The notes: generated by a model not told the origin, from the letters alone. A stretch of 64,000 nucleotides of DNA from an uncultured Methanosarcinaceae archaeon (GCA_963733675.1 CAVTET010000001.1:864001-928000); one strand, 5' to 3'. Shown: positions 32,768-44,601, counted from the stretch's first letter. Made by a program: numbers and translations.

Positions 32768-34138
32768 ATGTTAGATTATACCTCATGTGAAGAAATAACC
32801 AGAGAAGCGGTAACCATTAACCCTGCAAAGATCTGCCAGCCTATCGGCGCAGTCTATGCTGCCCTTGGAGTCCACAACTGTATGCCACACAGCCATGGGT
32901 CCCAAGGTTGCCTCTCTTATCTGCGCATGTGCCTGAGTAGACATTACCGCGAAAATGCAATGGGCACTACCAGCAGCTTTTCAGAAGGGACCGCTGTTTT
33001 CGGAGGCGCAGCAAATCTCAAGGAAGCGCTTGAAAACCTGACTACAATCTACAAGCCCGAAGTGATCGCTATTCACACCACCTGTGTGGCAGAGACCATA
33101 GGAGATGATGTGAATACTATCGTAGAAGATGTCAGAATGGAAGAACTCGTAGATCCTTCGATCAAAATCTGTGCGGCTTCTACTCCCAGTTACGTGGGAA
33201 CTCATGTTACTGGCTATGATAATATGGTAAAGTCTTTCGTGACAACCTTTGCCAAAAAAAGCAAACCAAATGGAAAGCTCAATATCATTCCTGGCTTTGT
33301 GGAACCTGGCGACATTAGGGAAATAAAACGCATACTTTCAATAATGAAAATCTCCAGCATCGTCTTCCCAGATACTACCGACGTCTTTGATGCCCCACTC
33401 ACTGGAGAATCTTCAATGTATCCGAAAGGTGGTACTCCGATCGGGGATATCGAAGATTCCGCAAATTCCTTCGGAACTATCGCCCTCTGTAGGATGGCAG
33501 GAGGCTCTGCAGCAAAGATCCTTGAAAGTCGCTACAAAGTTCCTGCAAAAATAGGGCCTATTCCTATCGGAATCAGAAACACTGATCGCTTCATCATGAA
33601 CGCAGCAAAACTTGCAGGTGTAGCGATTCCTCCCAGACTTGAGGATGAGCGCGGTAGGCTGGTAGACATGATGACTGATGCCCATCCACATTACCACGCA
33701 AAAAAGGTTGCCATTTATGGGGATCCGGACATCATAGTGGGTCTCACGAGCCTTGTACTGGAAATGGGTATGGACCCCAGTGTAGTGCTCACTGGTACTC
33801 AGAGCTCGGAGTTTGAAAAAGAAATGGAAGATCTTATTGGCTCTGAATACCCGGAAGCAGATGTTATTTCAGGGGGTGACCTCTTCATGCTTCACCAGAT
33901 TATTAAGAGAAATCCTGTGGATCTCCTCATCGGCAATACATATGGAAAATTCATAGCAAGGGCGGAGGATATCCCACTGATAAGGGTAGGCTTCCCAATC
34001 ATGGATAGGGCAAACCTTCACTATTTCCCGATCATGGGATATGTAGGCGCCGCAAGATTGGTAGAACGCATAGGAAACACTCTCCTTGATAGAAAAGACA
34101 GAGATGAACCTGACTGGCTGCTCGAAACTGTTCAGTAA
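32768..34138 (+). CDS. nifK: Nitrogenase MoFe protein beta chain
   Basis: INPAKICQPIGA, HGSQGC, TTCVAETIGDD, TPSYVGTH. Confidence 0.98.
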   Translation: MLDYTSCEEITREAVTINPAKICQPIGAVYAALGVHNCMPHSHGSQGCLSYLRMCLSRHYRENAMGTTSSFSEGTAVFGGAANLKEALENLTTIYKPEVIAIHTTCVAETIGDDVNTIVEDVRMEELVDPSIKICAASTPSYVGTHVTGYDNMVKSFVTTFAKKSKPNGKLNIIPGFVEPGDIREIKRILSIMKISSIVFPDTTDVFDAPLTGESSMYPKGGTPIGDIEDSANSFGTIALCRMAGGSAAKILESRYKVPAKIGPIPIGIRNTDRFIMNAAKLAGVAIPPRLEDERGRLVDMMTDAHPHYHAKKVAIYGDPDIIVGLTSLVLEMGMDPSVVLTGTQSSEFEKEMEDLIGSEYPEADVISGGDLFMLHQIIKRNPVDLLIGNTYGKFIARAEDIPLIRVGFPIMDRANLHYFPIMGYVGAARLVERIGNTLLDRKDRDEPDWLLETVQ

Positions 34139-34291
34139 AGAACGTGATTCAAAATAATAATTCATGATACAGTTCCATAAGATAATTAAGAATCAAAAGT
34201 CGCGAAATTAAAACCGAGAATAAACTGAGAAGCGAAAAACTGAAAAACCAGATAACTGTCGCTGCAAATCTGAAAACAGAAGCAGAGGGTA

Positions 34292-35857
34292 GTGAATGAT
34301 ATGACAGAGAAAACCGGAATAGTAGATACTCTAGAGGAAAGGCAACCATACATTGCCAGAAAGCAGGAAAAAGGACAGATAATCCCCCTTGCCTGCGACA
34401 ATAATTCCCTGGCAGGGGCTATTAGCCAGAGGGCATGTGTTTATTCGGGAGCCAGGGTTGTCTTAAATCCAATAACCGATGCCATACATCTTGTCCACGG
34501 CCCAATTGGTTGTGCAGGTTATACCTGGGATATAAGGGGCGCAAAGTCCAGTGGAGTAGAGACAAACCGCAGCAGTTTCAGTACAGATATGAAAGAGCTC
34601 GATGTTATATTCGGAGGCGAGGACAAACTCTCAAATGCCATTGATGAACTTGTGGGGCTCTACAACCCCCCGATTATTTTAGTTTATTCAACATGCATTG
34701 TGGGAGTTATAGGGGATGACATTGAGGCCGTATGCAAAATAGCTAGCATGAAGCATAACATTCCGGTAATCCCTGTAAAGTCAGAAGGGTTCAAAGGCAA
34801 TAAATCCGATGGATACAAGGCTGCCTGTGATGCTTTGAAGCAGTTAATCAAAAAACCTCAGAAAGCGATAGCTGTAGAAAATAAACTCGAAATAAGCCCT
34901 GAAATCACGAAACCAAGGATCAATATCCTCGGAGACTTCAATGTGGCTGGGGACGTCTGGCTCATAAAACCCCTCTTTGAGCAAATGGGAATTGAGGTCA
35001 TAGTTTCCTTAACAGGGGATTCAACTGTTAAATCTATATCACGAGCGGCTGAAGCCGACCTTAATCTAGTGCAGTGCAGCGGGTCCATGACTTATCTTGC
35101 AAAATGGATGCAGCAAGAGTATGGAATTCCATATCTTACTGTGAGCTTCTTTGGAATTGAAGATATCTCCACAGCCCTGCGAAAGACTGCGGAATACTTT
35201 GGCTCAGAAGTTATCAAAAAGGAAGCAGAAGTGATTATAAAAACCGAAACAAACCGTATAATGCCTGAAATTTCCAGAATTAGGGAGCGGGTCAAAGGGA
35301 AAAAAGCTGCCATTTACATGGGAGGACCTGCTAAAGCTCTAACACTTATTAAGGGTTTTTCCGAACTTGGTATGGATGTGGTCATCATCGGAACTCAGAC
35401 CGGACAAAAGGAAGACTACGAGCAGATCAGTTATTCGGTTAGGAATGGAACGGTTATTGTGGATGATGCAAATCCCCTGGAACTTGCTGAATTGCTCGTG
35501 AAACAAAAGGCTGACCTGATGGTTGCGGGGGTAAAGGAGAGGTTTATAGCATACAAGCTAGGTGTTGCTTTTTGCGACTTTAACCACGATAGGGTAGTGA
35601 AGTTCGAAGGCTTTGATGGCTTTGTGAATTTTGCACGAGAAGTATACACCTCCATTAACAGCCCTGTCTGGAAATCTATAAGACAGAGGGTCTTAAAACC
35701 TGAAACAGTGAGATCAGGAAAAAAAGCAGTAAAAGAAAAGATTTCCGGGGAACCACACGCAAAAGAGTATGAAATCATGGCCTTGGAACCAGAGTTATTG
35801 TACCTTAACATGGATGTAGCAGCCGATAATCAAATATCTGGAGGGGCATCAAGATGA
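34292..35857 (+). CDS. nifE: FeMo-cofactor scaffold NifE
   Basis: SQRACVYSGA, HGPIGCAGY, STCIVGVIGDD, LVQCSGS. Confidence 0.96.
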   Translation: MNDMTEKTGIVDTLEERQPYIARKQEKGQIIPLACDNNSLAGAISQRACVYSGARVVLNPITDAIHLVHGPIGCAGYTWDIRGAKSSGVETNRSSFSTDMKELDVIFGGEDKLSNAIDELVGLYNPPIILVYSTCIVGVIGDDIEAVCKIASMKHNIPVIPVKSEGFKGNKSDGYKAACDALKQLIKKPQKAIAVENKLEISPEITKPRINILGDFNVAGDVWLIKPLFEQMGIEVIVSLTGDSTVKSISRAAEADLNLVQCSGSMTYLAKWMQQEYGIPYLTVSFFGIEDISTALRKTAEYFGSEVIKKEAEVIIKTETNRIMPEISRIRERVKGKKAAIYMGGPAKALTLIKGFSELGMDVVIIGTQTGQKEDYEQISYSVRNGTVIVDDANPLELAELLVKQKADLMVAGVKERFIAYKLGVAFCDFNHDRVVKFEGFDGFVNFAREVYTSINSPVWKSIRQRVLKPETVRSGKKAVKEKISGEPHAKEYEIMALEPELLYLNMDVAADNQISGGASR

Positions 35858-37287
35858 CGAAAAGGAGCTATACAACCGTAAACCCCTGTATCATGTGCCA
35901 GCCTATGGGAAGTGCCCTTGCTTTCAAGGGGATTGAAAGCACGATGGTTCTCTACCACGGTTCCCAGGGTTGCAGCACTTACATGCGCCTACACCTTGCC
36001 CACCATTTCAGAGAACCTGTGGACATTGCGTCGAGTTCCCTCAGCGAAAAGGGAGCAGTATACGGAGGCAGGGAAAACCTGAAAAAGGGACTAAGAAACG
36101 TCATCAATCGGTATCAACCGAAGGTAATTGGCGTTGCTACTACATGCCTTGCCGAAACCATCGGGGATGACGTACCTGCGATAATTCGAGAATTCAAAGA
36201 AGAGGAGGAGATTGGAGATGATCCTGAAAAAGATATCATAATCATTCCAGTTTCCACTCCAAGCTACGGAGAGAGCCACGTAAGTGGGTACATAAAAACC
36301 TTAGAAGCGGTTGTTAGGAAATTTGCAGAAAATCAAGGAAAAGGTAGAGCCATAAAAACTCCAAACAGAAAACTTAATCTAATCACTGTTGAGAGTCTCT
36401 CTCCTGCAGATGTGCGGGAGATCAAAGAGATCCTTGAGGTTACTGCAGAAAATTACATCTTCCTGCCTGACATTTCAGAAACCTTTGACGCCCCTCTGAG
36501 AGATGATTTTCCTAAAATTGCTCCCGGTGGTACTCTACTTTCCGAAATTGAGGATATGCCTAATAGCCTGGCAAGTTTGGGTTTGGGTATAGTCAGCAAG
36601 AACCAGGCACTGGAATTTCTGGAAGGCAATTATAGTGTACCAGGACACAGTGTTCCAATACCAATAGGGCTTTCAAACACGGATAATTTATTTACGGAAC
36701 TAGTTAGCATCCTCAACTGCCCTATGCCTGAAAAGTACCAAAAAGAAAGAGGAAGGCTCCTAGATGCCATGGTGGATGTACACAAGTATCTCTATGGTGT
36801 AAAAGCAGCAGTTTACGGGGACCCTGACATGGTATTTAGCCTCACGACATTCATGCTGGAAATGGGGATGCATCCAGTACTGGTAGCCACCGGAAGCAAA
36901 AGCCGGGACTTTGGGATGAAAATCAGGCAAATATTCAAAGAGATCAGGCCAGAACTGGAACCTGTGGTTCTGGATGGGATTGATTTCGATAGTCTTAATG
37001 ACGCGGTCAGCAACTGCAGCCCTGATATCTTGATCGGAAATTCAAATGGGAGATACATTGCCAAAGCTCGAGATATCCCTCTGGTAAGGGTTGGCTTGCC
37101 TATCCACGATAGGGTGGGTGCGCAGCGTATTCTTACTGTCGGATACAGGGGAGCACTGGAACTGTTGGATAGGATCACGAATTCCATTCTTGAAGCAACT
37201 GATACTTTCACCTCACCTGTACCAGCAAAACCAGCAACATATACCAGTAAGGTAACCGAGGAGGAATATATTGAGGGAATGAAATGA
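35854..37287 (+). CDS. nifN: FeMo-cofactor scaffold NifN
   Basis: NPCIMCQPMG, HGSQGCSTY, TTCLAETIGDD; ATGA overlap with nifE. Confidence 0.96.
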   Translation: MTKRSYTTVNPCIMCQPMGSALAFKGIESTMVLYHGSQGCSTYMRLHLAHHFREPVDIASSSLSEKGAVYGGRENLKKGLRNVINRYQPKVIGVATTCLAETIGDDVPAIIREFKEEEEIGDDPEKDIIIIPVSTPSYGESHVSGYIKTLEAVVRKFAENQGKGRAIKTPNRKLNLITVESLSPADVREIKEILEVTAENYIFLPDISETFDAPLRDDFPKIAPGGTLLSEIEDMPNSLASLGLGIVSKNQALEFLEGNYSVPGHSVPIPIGLSNTDNLFTELVSILNCPMPEKYQKERGRLLDAMVDVHKYLYGVKAAVYGDPDMVFSLTTFMLEMGMHPVLVATGSKSRDFGMKIRQIFKEIRPELEPVVLDGIDFDSLNDAVSNCSPDILIGNSNGRYIAKARDIPLVRVGLPIHDRVGAQRILTVGYRGALELLDRITNSILEATDTFTSPVPAKPATYTSKVTEEEYIEGMK

Positions 37288-37393
37288 ATTAAAGAACGGA
37301 AAAAAACTGATACTTCTATTCCTTTCACTGGTTTTCTGCCTGGGTGTGGTTGCTTTCTTCGTGACATCCCACGAAGTGGAAGCAGCTCCGTAA
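37284..37393 (+). pseudogene. Signal-peptide remnant, probably modA
   Basis: ATG overlapping the nifN stop, then a stop and KKLILLFLSLVFCLGVVAFF; occupies the slot between nifN and a modB fragment. Confidence 0.4.
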
Positions 37394-37459
37394 AAACCCA
37401 GGAAATGCCCTAAAATTTTTAGAAATTGTTACTGACTCTGGGAACTGGAAAAGGATTTA

Positions 37460-37670
37460 ATTGAAACACTTCAATTGGTCCTGGGCTGGCATTTACTTAT
37501 TGCTAAAATAGCTACTGTTTAATCTTCCTTTGTGGTTATTCTTGGGATTATAATTGCTTATCTGCTGGCAAAAAGAGAGTTCACGAAAAAGTGGCTAGCA
37601 GAAGTTTCCTTGACCCTCCCCCTGGTCTTGCTCTTGACTGTAACAGGATACATCCTTATACGTCTTCTCG
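37460..37670 (+). pseudogene. modB: Truncated molybdate ABC permease (modB N-terminal fragment)
   Basis: GIIIAYLLAKREF.KKWLAEVSLTLPLVL..TVTGY aligns with the intact ModB at 40586-41254. Confidence 0.8.
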
Positions 37671-37690
37671 AAAATTTCGCCTCACGTTTC

Positions 37691-38482
37691 TCATATTTTT
37701 CCTATTATCGTTGTCATGTCCAAGGGTTTCGCGTAATAGGGAGCGCTTACGACAATAATATCCACAAAAGGAGCATAATAAGGAATGTCTTCCACTTCAA
37801 TTCCTCCTACTGCAAGCTCAAGTTTGGGATTTAATTGCTTGAGTTCTGGTCCGACATGTCGCAATTCTGCTGGGGATAGATGGTCAAGAAGCATTATGTC
37901 TGCGGCTTTTACGTATCGTAGGGCTTCTTCCCTCGAGCGTGGTTCGATTTCTATTTTCTTCATAGCCCTAAGTTTTTTTAGCTGTCCGACTATTTCTAGA
38001 TGATTCTGGCTGATTTGAATGGAATCGCTAAGAGAGTTCCTGTGAATATCTCCTCCTCCTGCACGAACGGCTTTGAGCTCAAAACTTCTAGCTCCTGGAT
38101 GGGTCTTTCTGGTTGCTGCAATAATAATGTCAGGGTTCTTTTTTTTGCCTGCGCTCACAAGTGAGGCGGTTTTTCTAGCAATTGCGCACATCAACGAAAG
38201 AAAAGTCTGGGAGACTCTCCAAAACTTGAAAAGGAGTTTCAAGTTGCCTTCTGCCTCTAAAATTGTATCTCCGGATTTGAACTCATTGCCGTCTTCCAGG
38301 TAATCCAAAACTTTTATTCCTTTTTTTCTATAATGTTCAGCCAGTTCGTCTGCACAGGCACAAACTCCAGTCTCTCTAGAAACAATCTTTAGTGTACCTT
38401 TTCCTTTTATTCCCAACAATTCAACACTTTCATCTTCATAAGGACAATCTTCGTGAAAATACAGTTCAAATAGATCTATCAT
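37691..38482 (-). CDS. modD: ModD-like protein (NadC/quinolinate phosphoribosyltransferase family)
   Basis: EDCPYED, ATRKTHPG, HRNSLSDSI, MLLDH motifs; mod/nif context. Confidence 0.8.
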   Translation of the reverse strand: MIDLFELYFHEDCPYEDESVELLGIKGKGTLKIVSRETGVCACADELAEHYRKKGIKVLDYLEDGNEFKSGDTILEAEGNLKLLFKFWRVSQTFLSLMCAIARKTASLVSAGKKKNPDIIIAATRKTHPGARSFELKAVRAGGGDIHRNSLSDSIQISQNHLEIVGQLKKLRAMKKIEIEPRSREEALRYVKAADIMLLDHLSPAELRHVGPELKQLNPKLELAVGGIEVEDIPYYAPFVDIIVVSAPYYAKPLDMTTIIGKI

Positions 38483-38698
38483 AATATGTCTCCTGAGTGC
38501 ATTATCGTGAATTTAACTTTTGTGCTCTCCGCTGTCTTGTATGGGTAATTTATAGTCATTTTTTGAATATGGATGCGCATGTACAATATCAAAACCCTTT
38601 ATTGTAGAATATCACATTCAAGCTTGAAATTAATCTTTTTGGCCTGGTCACTTTTCAGCTAGAGAATTATTTTCAATCCATACAAAACAGCTAAAAAA

Positions 38699-39255
38699 TG
38701 GCCAAACATCAGGTTTAGTGACTGTGCCTGTCCAAATAAAAATTGTGAATATTATGGACTTATTGGTCAAGGTAATGTTCTTGAAAATTGAATTTATCTA
38801 AGTTATGGATTAAAGATTAGAAAATACATCTGCCACGGTCATAACAAAGTATTCTGTAACTATACAGATATTTTCTATTACAACTTTCGTAAAAACGAAT
38901 ATTCATTATTGAGTTGGCCCCTAAAATCTGTAAAAGGTTGAGTATAAAGGCTATTGTTGATGTACTACATCCCATCAACTATCTGTAAATACATGGTTAA
39001 ATCATTCGGCCGATAAATGTGACAAGGTAAAATGAGAATTTGATGAACAATTTGGATGTGCCCAAGATAGAAATGGATGAGTTATGTATAATAGTCAAAA
39101 AAATAATGCCAAGAATGAAAGATTATGACGGTGATGGATCATGGATATTGGTAGCTTTAGCACCAAATTGTAGGTTAATTATCACCTTTATTCTAGGGCC
39201 AGGAAAACAATTTGTTGCAGACAAATTAATGAGTGATACATCGATGACGAATTGA
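38699..39255 (+). mobile_element. IS1-family transposase relic (archaeal type)
   Basis: CACPNKNCEYYG..GQGNV zinc finger; IEMDEL...W..VALAPNCRLII.FILGP.KQ.VADKL; multiple stops and frameshifts. Confidence 0.7.
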
Positions 39256-39450
39256 TGTTATTTCATTATCTGTATAATGTAGTTTTTGGTTCCAGGTAAG
39301 TTTAGAAAACAAGTACATTTGAACAAAGTGAATTCTACGATGAAAATATCAACCAGCTAATCGGGCATAACTTAAGTCATTTAAAACATTAATCATATAA
39401 TTGGGAACAACCAATATTTCCATTCACAACATGATGTATTATTTTTGGAG

Positions 39451-40581
39451 TTAAAAACAATAGAATGCTACTACTTTACTCATTTCCAATTTTACCAGGC
39501 ATGAATCACTTGCATTCAGCTTAAGGGGATCAACGAATTGTGCAGGCACTTCTACATTCAAAATTTTATTATGTTTGACAAGCTTAAGTGTAATTCGTTT
39601 TTTTGGTCCTTTATTAATTATACTGTTGATGGATGCTAAATACAGGTTTTCATTCTGATCCTCAAAACAGGACTCAGGAGAGAGAAGAGTTATGTTTTCA
39701 GGATGGATCCCCCAGCAAACTTTGTCCCTGACCCTGCAATTCAGATACTTTACCGTTATTTGCATGCTTCCACTCTCCAATATTGTGTTTTTCGATTCTT
39801 CATCCTGCTCCTTAACATAAGCATCATCAAAAATATTTGACAAGCCAAATATCTCTGCAACATGCCGGTTTTTGGGATTATAGAATATTTCTTCTGGAGT
39901 TCCGAATTGCTGGGCCTTTCCTCCATGTAATACAAGAATTTTGGAGGCTAGTAGGAAAGCTTCTTCAAGGTTGTGAGTTATGAACAACAAAGGTATTCTA
40001 ATCTTATTTTGTAAAGTTTTTATTTTTTTTGCAAAGTTGGTTCTTATTTCAGTGTCAAGTGCAGAAAAGGGTTCATCCAGAAGTAGAATCTCGGGTTTGG
40101 GGGCAAGAGCTCTTGCCAGAGCAACTCTTTGTTTCTGTCCACCTGAAAGTTGTGATGGATAACGGGTTTCTAATTCCTCGATATGGAGAAGGTCCAGCAT
40201 TTCCATAAACCTTGTTTCCCGGTTTTCTTTTTCCCAACTTTTGAGGCCACATTCTATGTTTTTTCTAACGTTCATGTGGGGGAAAAGTGTATCGTTCTGG
40301 AAAACATAGCCAAGGTTGCGCTTCTGGATAGGAAGATTAATTTTTTTGTCTTTGTCGTAATAAACGTTACTTCCCACAGCTATGATTCCATTATCAGGCT
40401 CTATGATTCCCGAAATACATTTAAACAATGTGGTCTTTCCTGATCCTGAAGGACCAAAAAGTACAACAAGCTCGTTTTCCATTTCAAAGTTGATATCTAA
40501 GATAAAAACTTTCTCAGTACTTTTTTTCCCATCGATTTCAGCTTTGTTATACGATTTTTTAATTTCAACTTTAGCGCCCAA
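39451..40581 (-). CDS. modC: Molybdate ABC transporter ATP-binding protein
   Basis: GPSGSGKTT, LSGGQKQR, LLLDEPF, ITH; C-terminal TOBE-like region. Confidence 0.92.
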   Translation of the reverse strand: MGAKVEIKKSYNKAEIDGKKSTEKVFILDINFEMENELVVLFGPSGSGKTTLFKCISGIIEPDNGIIAVGSNVYYDKDKKINLPIQKRNLGYVFQNDTLFPHMNVRKNIECGLKSWEKENRETRFMEMLDLLHIEELETRYPSQLSGGQKQRVALARALAPKPEILLLDEPFSALDTEIRTNFAKKIKTLQNKIRIPLLFITHNLEEAFLLASKILVLHGGKAQQFGTPEEIFYNPKNRHVAEIFGLSNIFDDAYVKEQDEESKNTILESGSMQITVKYLNCRVRDKVCWGIHPENITLLSPESCFEDQNENLYLASINSIINKGPKKRITLKLVKHNKILNVEVPAQFVDPLKLNASDSCLVKLEMSKVVAFYCF

Positions 40582-40585
40582 GTTC

Positions 40586-41254
40586 TCATGCCTCTAATTT
40601 TCCTACGAATCTTCCGGTTAGAGTAATAGCCAGTAGGGACATAAGCATCAGGATCAATACAAGTACTTTAGCAAGTTCGTCATTGCCCGACTGAAAAGCA
40701 TTGTATATTGAAATCGACATTGTATTTGTCTTTCCTTGAATATTTCCTGCCAACATAAGGGTTGCTCCAAATTCTCCAATAGACCTTGCAAAACTTAGTA
40801 CCAGTCCTGCTAGTATGCCTCTTTTTGCGAGAGGCAATGTTATTACTAGCGCAGTCTCAATCTCACTTCTTCCAAGGATATGGGCTGCATATTCAAGTTC
40901 CTTATCCACTGCTTCAATGGCCGCCTGTGTGGTTCTTACCATAAGGGGGAGAGAAACCGTATAAGCTGCAATGACTGCAGCCTGCCAGGTAAACATGATT
41001 CCTGTTCCCAGAATGTTGTAAATCATGTGTCCAATAAATCCGTTTTTCCCCATAAGAAGAATCAAAAGATAGCCAATTACTGTAGGTGGAAGGACTAGAG
41101 GAAGTGTTATCAATACCTCTGCAAGCTTTTTTCCCCGGAAATCACGTCTCGCAAATATGTAAGCTATGATTACGCCACTGCACAATACTAGAAAGGATGA
41201 TACGAGTGCTATCCAGAATGTAAGATATAATGGAAACCATATCTGGTCTAACAT
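40586..41254 (-). CDS. modB: Molybdate ABC transporter permease
   Basis: LPLVLPPTVIGY, FARSIGEFGATLMLAGNI.GKT motifs. Confidence 0.95.
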   Translation of the reverse strand: MLDQIWFPLYLTFWIALVSSFLVLCSGVIIAYIFARRDFRGKKLAEVLITLPLVLPPTVIGYLLILLMGKNGFIGHMIYNILGTGIMFTWQAAVIAAYTVSLPLMVRTTQAAIEAVDKELEYAAHILGRSEIETALVITLPLAKRGILAGLVLSFARSIGEFGATLMLAGNIQGKTNTMSISIYNAFQSGNDELAKVLVLILMLMSLLAITLTGRFVGKLEA

Positions 41255-41865
41255 AAAAATCAAATTTATTATGTTATTCTGGCTCTATAGAAATCTTCTG
41301 AAATGAAGAATCTTCATTAAATTTAACTAAATAGCCTGATCTATATTTACTTACTCATTTTTAACCTCATACGCTGATTTTGATAGATTTTCTACAAGCC
41401 ATTACTTAATATAATCGTGAATCCTATACTTTTCTATTATTTCCTGCTCCTATCGGATAAATTCTTGGGGTACTGACATAATATACTTTAAATGATTTAT
41501 ATAGTGTTGGAGCACGATTTTTGCATTGGTATATGAGGGAATTGAAGCTCTTTTTAAAAAGACATTAATGAATATATTTAGGCAGCAAAAAAATTTGTCT
41601 TGGAACTTTAGGGTTATTCGATTAAGGAAATTGTTAACATTAAAATGACTACTGTAATATAATCCATTCACCTTGATCTATATTTATATGTTTACAGAAA
41701 ACGCAGTAAAAGTTACACGTTCCTCATAGATTGTATCTTGACCGACTGCAACCCAAGTTCAACTACGTGAATCCTAATTAGTCGTCTTTTAGTGACACAT
41801 ATGGAATTTAATAAACTTCCTAGTATTAATTATTTGGTGCAATGAAAAGGATGAAGATAAAGCGA

Positions 41866-42075
41866 TTAATCTATGGCTATCATCACATTTGAAGCCTTGA
41901 TTATCGCATATGCCTCACTTCCTTCTTTTAGATTCAGGTTTTCAGCTGATGTTTTTGTGATGATAGAAATTATTTCTGTTCCGCCAGGTAGTTCGATTAC
42001 AATTTCCGAATTGACCATTCCAGATACAACTTTTTTAACCTTGCCTTTCAAGACATTGCGTGCACTTAATTTCAT
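41866..42075 (-). CDS. mop: Molbindin / Mop (TOBE) molybdate-binding protein
   Basis: MKLSARNVLKGKV...SIITKTSAENL...AIIKASNV. Confidence 0.92.
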   Translation of the reverse strand: MKLSARNVLKGKVKKVVSGMVNSEIVIELPGGTEIISIITKTSAENLNLKEGSEAYAIIKASNVMIAID

Positions 42076-42794
42076 TATTTGTTACCTCATTTAACCATTA
42101 TTAATATTATATTACTCACTGTTGTTATGAATATATTAACATATACGTATTTCTATTCGACTAAAGAATTTATTGATTCGGTTCTAAAATGAAGCTTAAA
42201 TTCTTCGAATAAGAAGCTCAAATAAATGAAGATATTTTTTTCCCTTACTCTTTTATTGAACCTTGGATACATTGTTGTTTTGGACAGAAAATTTGTCCTA
42301 ATTTTTATTTCCAAAACCGCCTAAAAACTAATCGGTAAATTGCCATGAAAGCTCAAATGTGACTTTAATCACGGATTTTAAATTTGTTTTTTAGACAATT
42401 ACACTACCAAATGAATTAGTAATTTTGATTGGCAGAAATAGTAACCAATCGACATTCTGTAGATATATATCAATTTAGAATTTGTTGCCTATTTGGTCAC
42501 TATTATTTGGGATAAAATCTCCTCTTTTAGGGCTATTGTACCTGAAACTCGGAATAATTTCGGTAGCATGTTTGATTTTCTGTAAAATCATAAATCTCAA
42601 AAAATTATTGAGTAGAGAAATATCATACCTGAAGAAATCAACTATATACAGTACACAAAAATTTGACTTCGAATTTACAGCAAATTCATGACACTACCAG
42701 ATTTCTACACACCCTTTTTTCCCAATTGTTTAAGGTGGATACCATAATTAGTAGAATATCAATTCAAAAATTTATTAAATGGAATGAGCAACAA

Positions 42795-43496
42795 ATGAAA
42801 ATCCATTGCATCCAGCATGTTGAATTTGAAACTATTGGAACTATCGCTCAATGGAGCGAAAAAAAAGGACACTCTTTATCGAGTACACATTTATACGCAG
42901 ATGATAGCATTCCCAGTCTGGATAACTTCGATCTTCTTATAATTATGGGTGGACCAATGAATATTTACGAGCATGAAAAATATCCATGGCTGATAGAAGA
43001 AAAAAGTTTATCGAAGAAACCATCTCTGTCGGAAAAGCAGTACTCGGGATTTCTTGGGAGCTCAGCTTGTCGCTGATGTCCTAAAAGCTGCAGTGTTTAA
43101 AAATGACTATAAGGAAATTGGATGGTTTTCAGTATTTACACTCAAACAAGCGAGATCCAATGTTTCCCTTCTGGAAAATATTCCTGAATAATTTTGTGCT
43201 TTTCACTGGCATGAGACACTTTTAATTTGCCTGGAGATGCAAAGAGACTTTTTTTAAGTGAAGCCTGTAAAAATCAGGGGTTTATTTATAATGATAGAGC
43301 AATTGGGCTCCAATTTAATCTGGAAATGAGCAACGAAACAATCGGAAACGAGATTGAAAATTGCAGTGGTGAACTGATAGATGGAAAATATATCCAGAAC
43401 AATAAAGAAATGCTAAGTAAAGACACATTCCTTGCTGACTCAAGGCTATTAATGTTCAACTTACTTGACAATTTAGAAATGCTGATTGGATCTTAA
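42795..43496 (+). pseudogene. Type 1 glutamine amidotransferase (GMP-synthase-like), frameshifted
   Basis: IQHVEFE, IMGGPMNIYE..KYPWL..EK, frameshift through the catalytic GICLGAQ, EIGWF, FHWH, GLQFNLE. Confidence 0.85.
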
Positions 43497-43862
43497 AAAG
43501 GATACGCAGTATTTGGCTATCTAGAAATAATTTAATTCAAATTATTTCTACAATCTTTTTGCTTCTATTACAAACTATTAGTTTAAGTTTACTTCTTTTA
43601 CTTGATGACGGAACTCTCTTGCCCGATTTGTTTCTCAGAACTTCTTTTTACGATAGAGAATGTTTTCTTTGCTATACTTTTTTTAATTGAATCTCATATA
43701 CGTTTAACTACTTCTCCAATATATTGACAAAACAAAATTTTAGATAATGTTCTTGAATCTTTGATCAAATCTAAAAACGCAGATGAAATAATTATGGCTG
43801 CTTGGAAATACAGAATTTCAGTAATTTTATAGTACAGTGATGTATTTATAATCTTCTTCTTA

Positions 43863-44601
43863 GAGGCTATCCGAAAAGTCCTGCTGATCTGAATGTTGTC
43901 AATGTGCACGCTAAATGTAGGATAGCAAGGTAATTTTCAATTTTCTTTTCCCATCTTATAAGGAGTCTTCTGAATCTATTCAGCCAAGAATGTGTCCTTT
44001 CTACCACCCATCTTCTTGCCCTAAAACCAGGTATGTCTCTTCTTATGTTTTCTTCCCCACTACTTTTGATATGCGCAGTATAACCATAGTCTTCAGACAA
44101 TTTTCTGATATCGTTGAAATCATAACCCTTATCCATGCATATATTCTGAATTATGTCTTCTGTAGAAGGTCTTTCAAAGAATATGGCGTCTAAAGTCCTT
44201 TTTACAAGTTTTTTATCGTGACGATTGGCTCCATCAACGACAACAGAAAGTGGTATGCTTCTACCATCAGTTAAAACACTCCTTTTTGTACCTTTTTTGC
44301 CACGATCAGTAGGATTGGCTTCTGTTCTAGCTCCACCTAATGGTGCTTTTGTCATAGCACCATCAATTGATTGTCATTCCCATTCTAATCCTTTTTCGAA
44401 ATCATACTCAACAATACCAGCCATCCACATGCTCTCAAATAAGCCTGATAGTTGCCATTCCTTATTGGCTTAGGTACAGGTAGTAAAGGTTCTATTTTTT
44501 TCCAATAATCTTCAGAAAGTTCATAGTCCTGAACAATTTTCCGTTTTTTCATTACCACACATGATCTTAAATTGAAAGTAGCTTATTTTTCGGATAGTCT
44601 C
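43863..44601 (-). mobile_element. IS5-family element with internally deleted transposase
   Basis: TIRs GAGGCTATCCGAAAA / TTTTCGGATAGTCTC flanked by TA; DKGYD, RWVVERTHSWLNRFRRL; internal TGA and deletion in the N-terminal part. Confidence 0.9.

Noticed and set aside
34139-34291. Short AAAACTGA-like repeats between nifK and nifE
   Set aside because: Irregular and low complexity; no consistent unit or structure
37691-38482. nadC (NAD biosynthesis)
   Set aside because: Context among mod/nif genes and divergent motifs fit the ModD subfamily better
42120-42150. Possible ModE-like operator upstream of mop (GTTATG...CATATAC)
   Set aside because: Palindrome too weak to support in an AT-rich background
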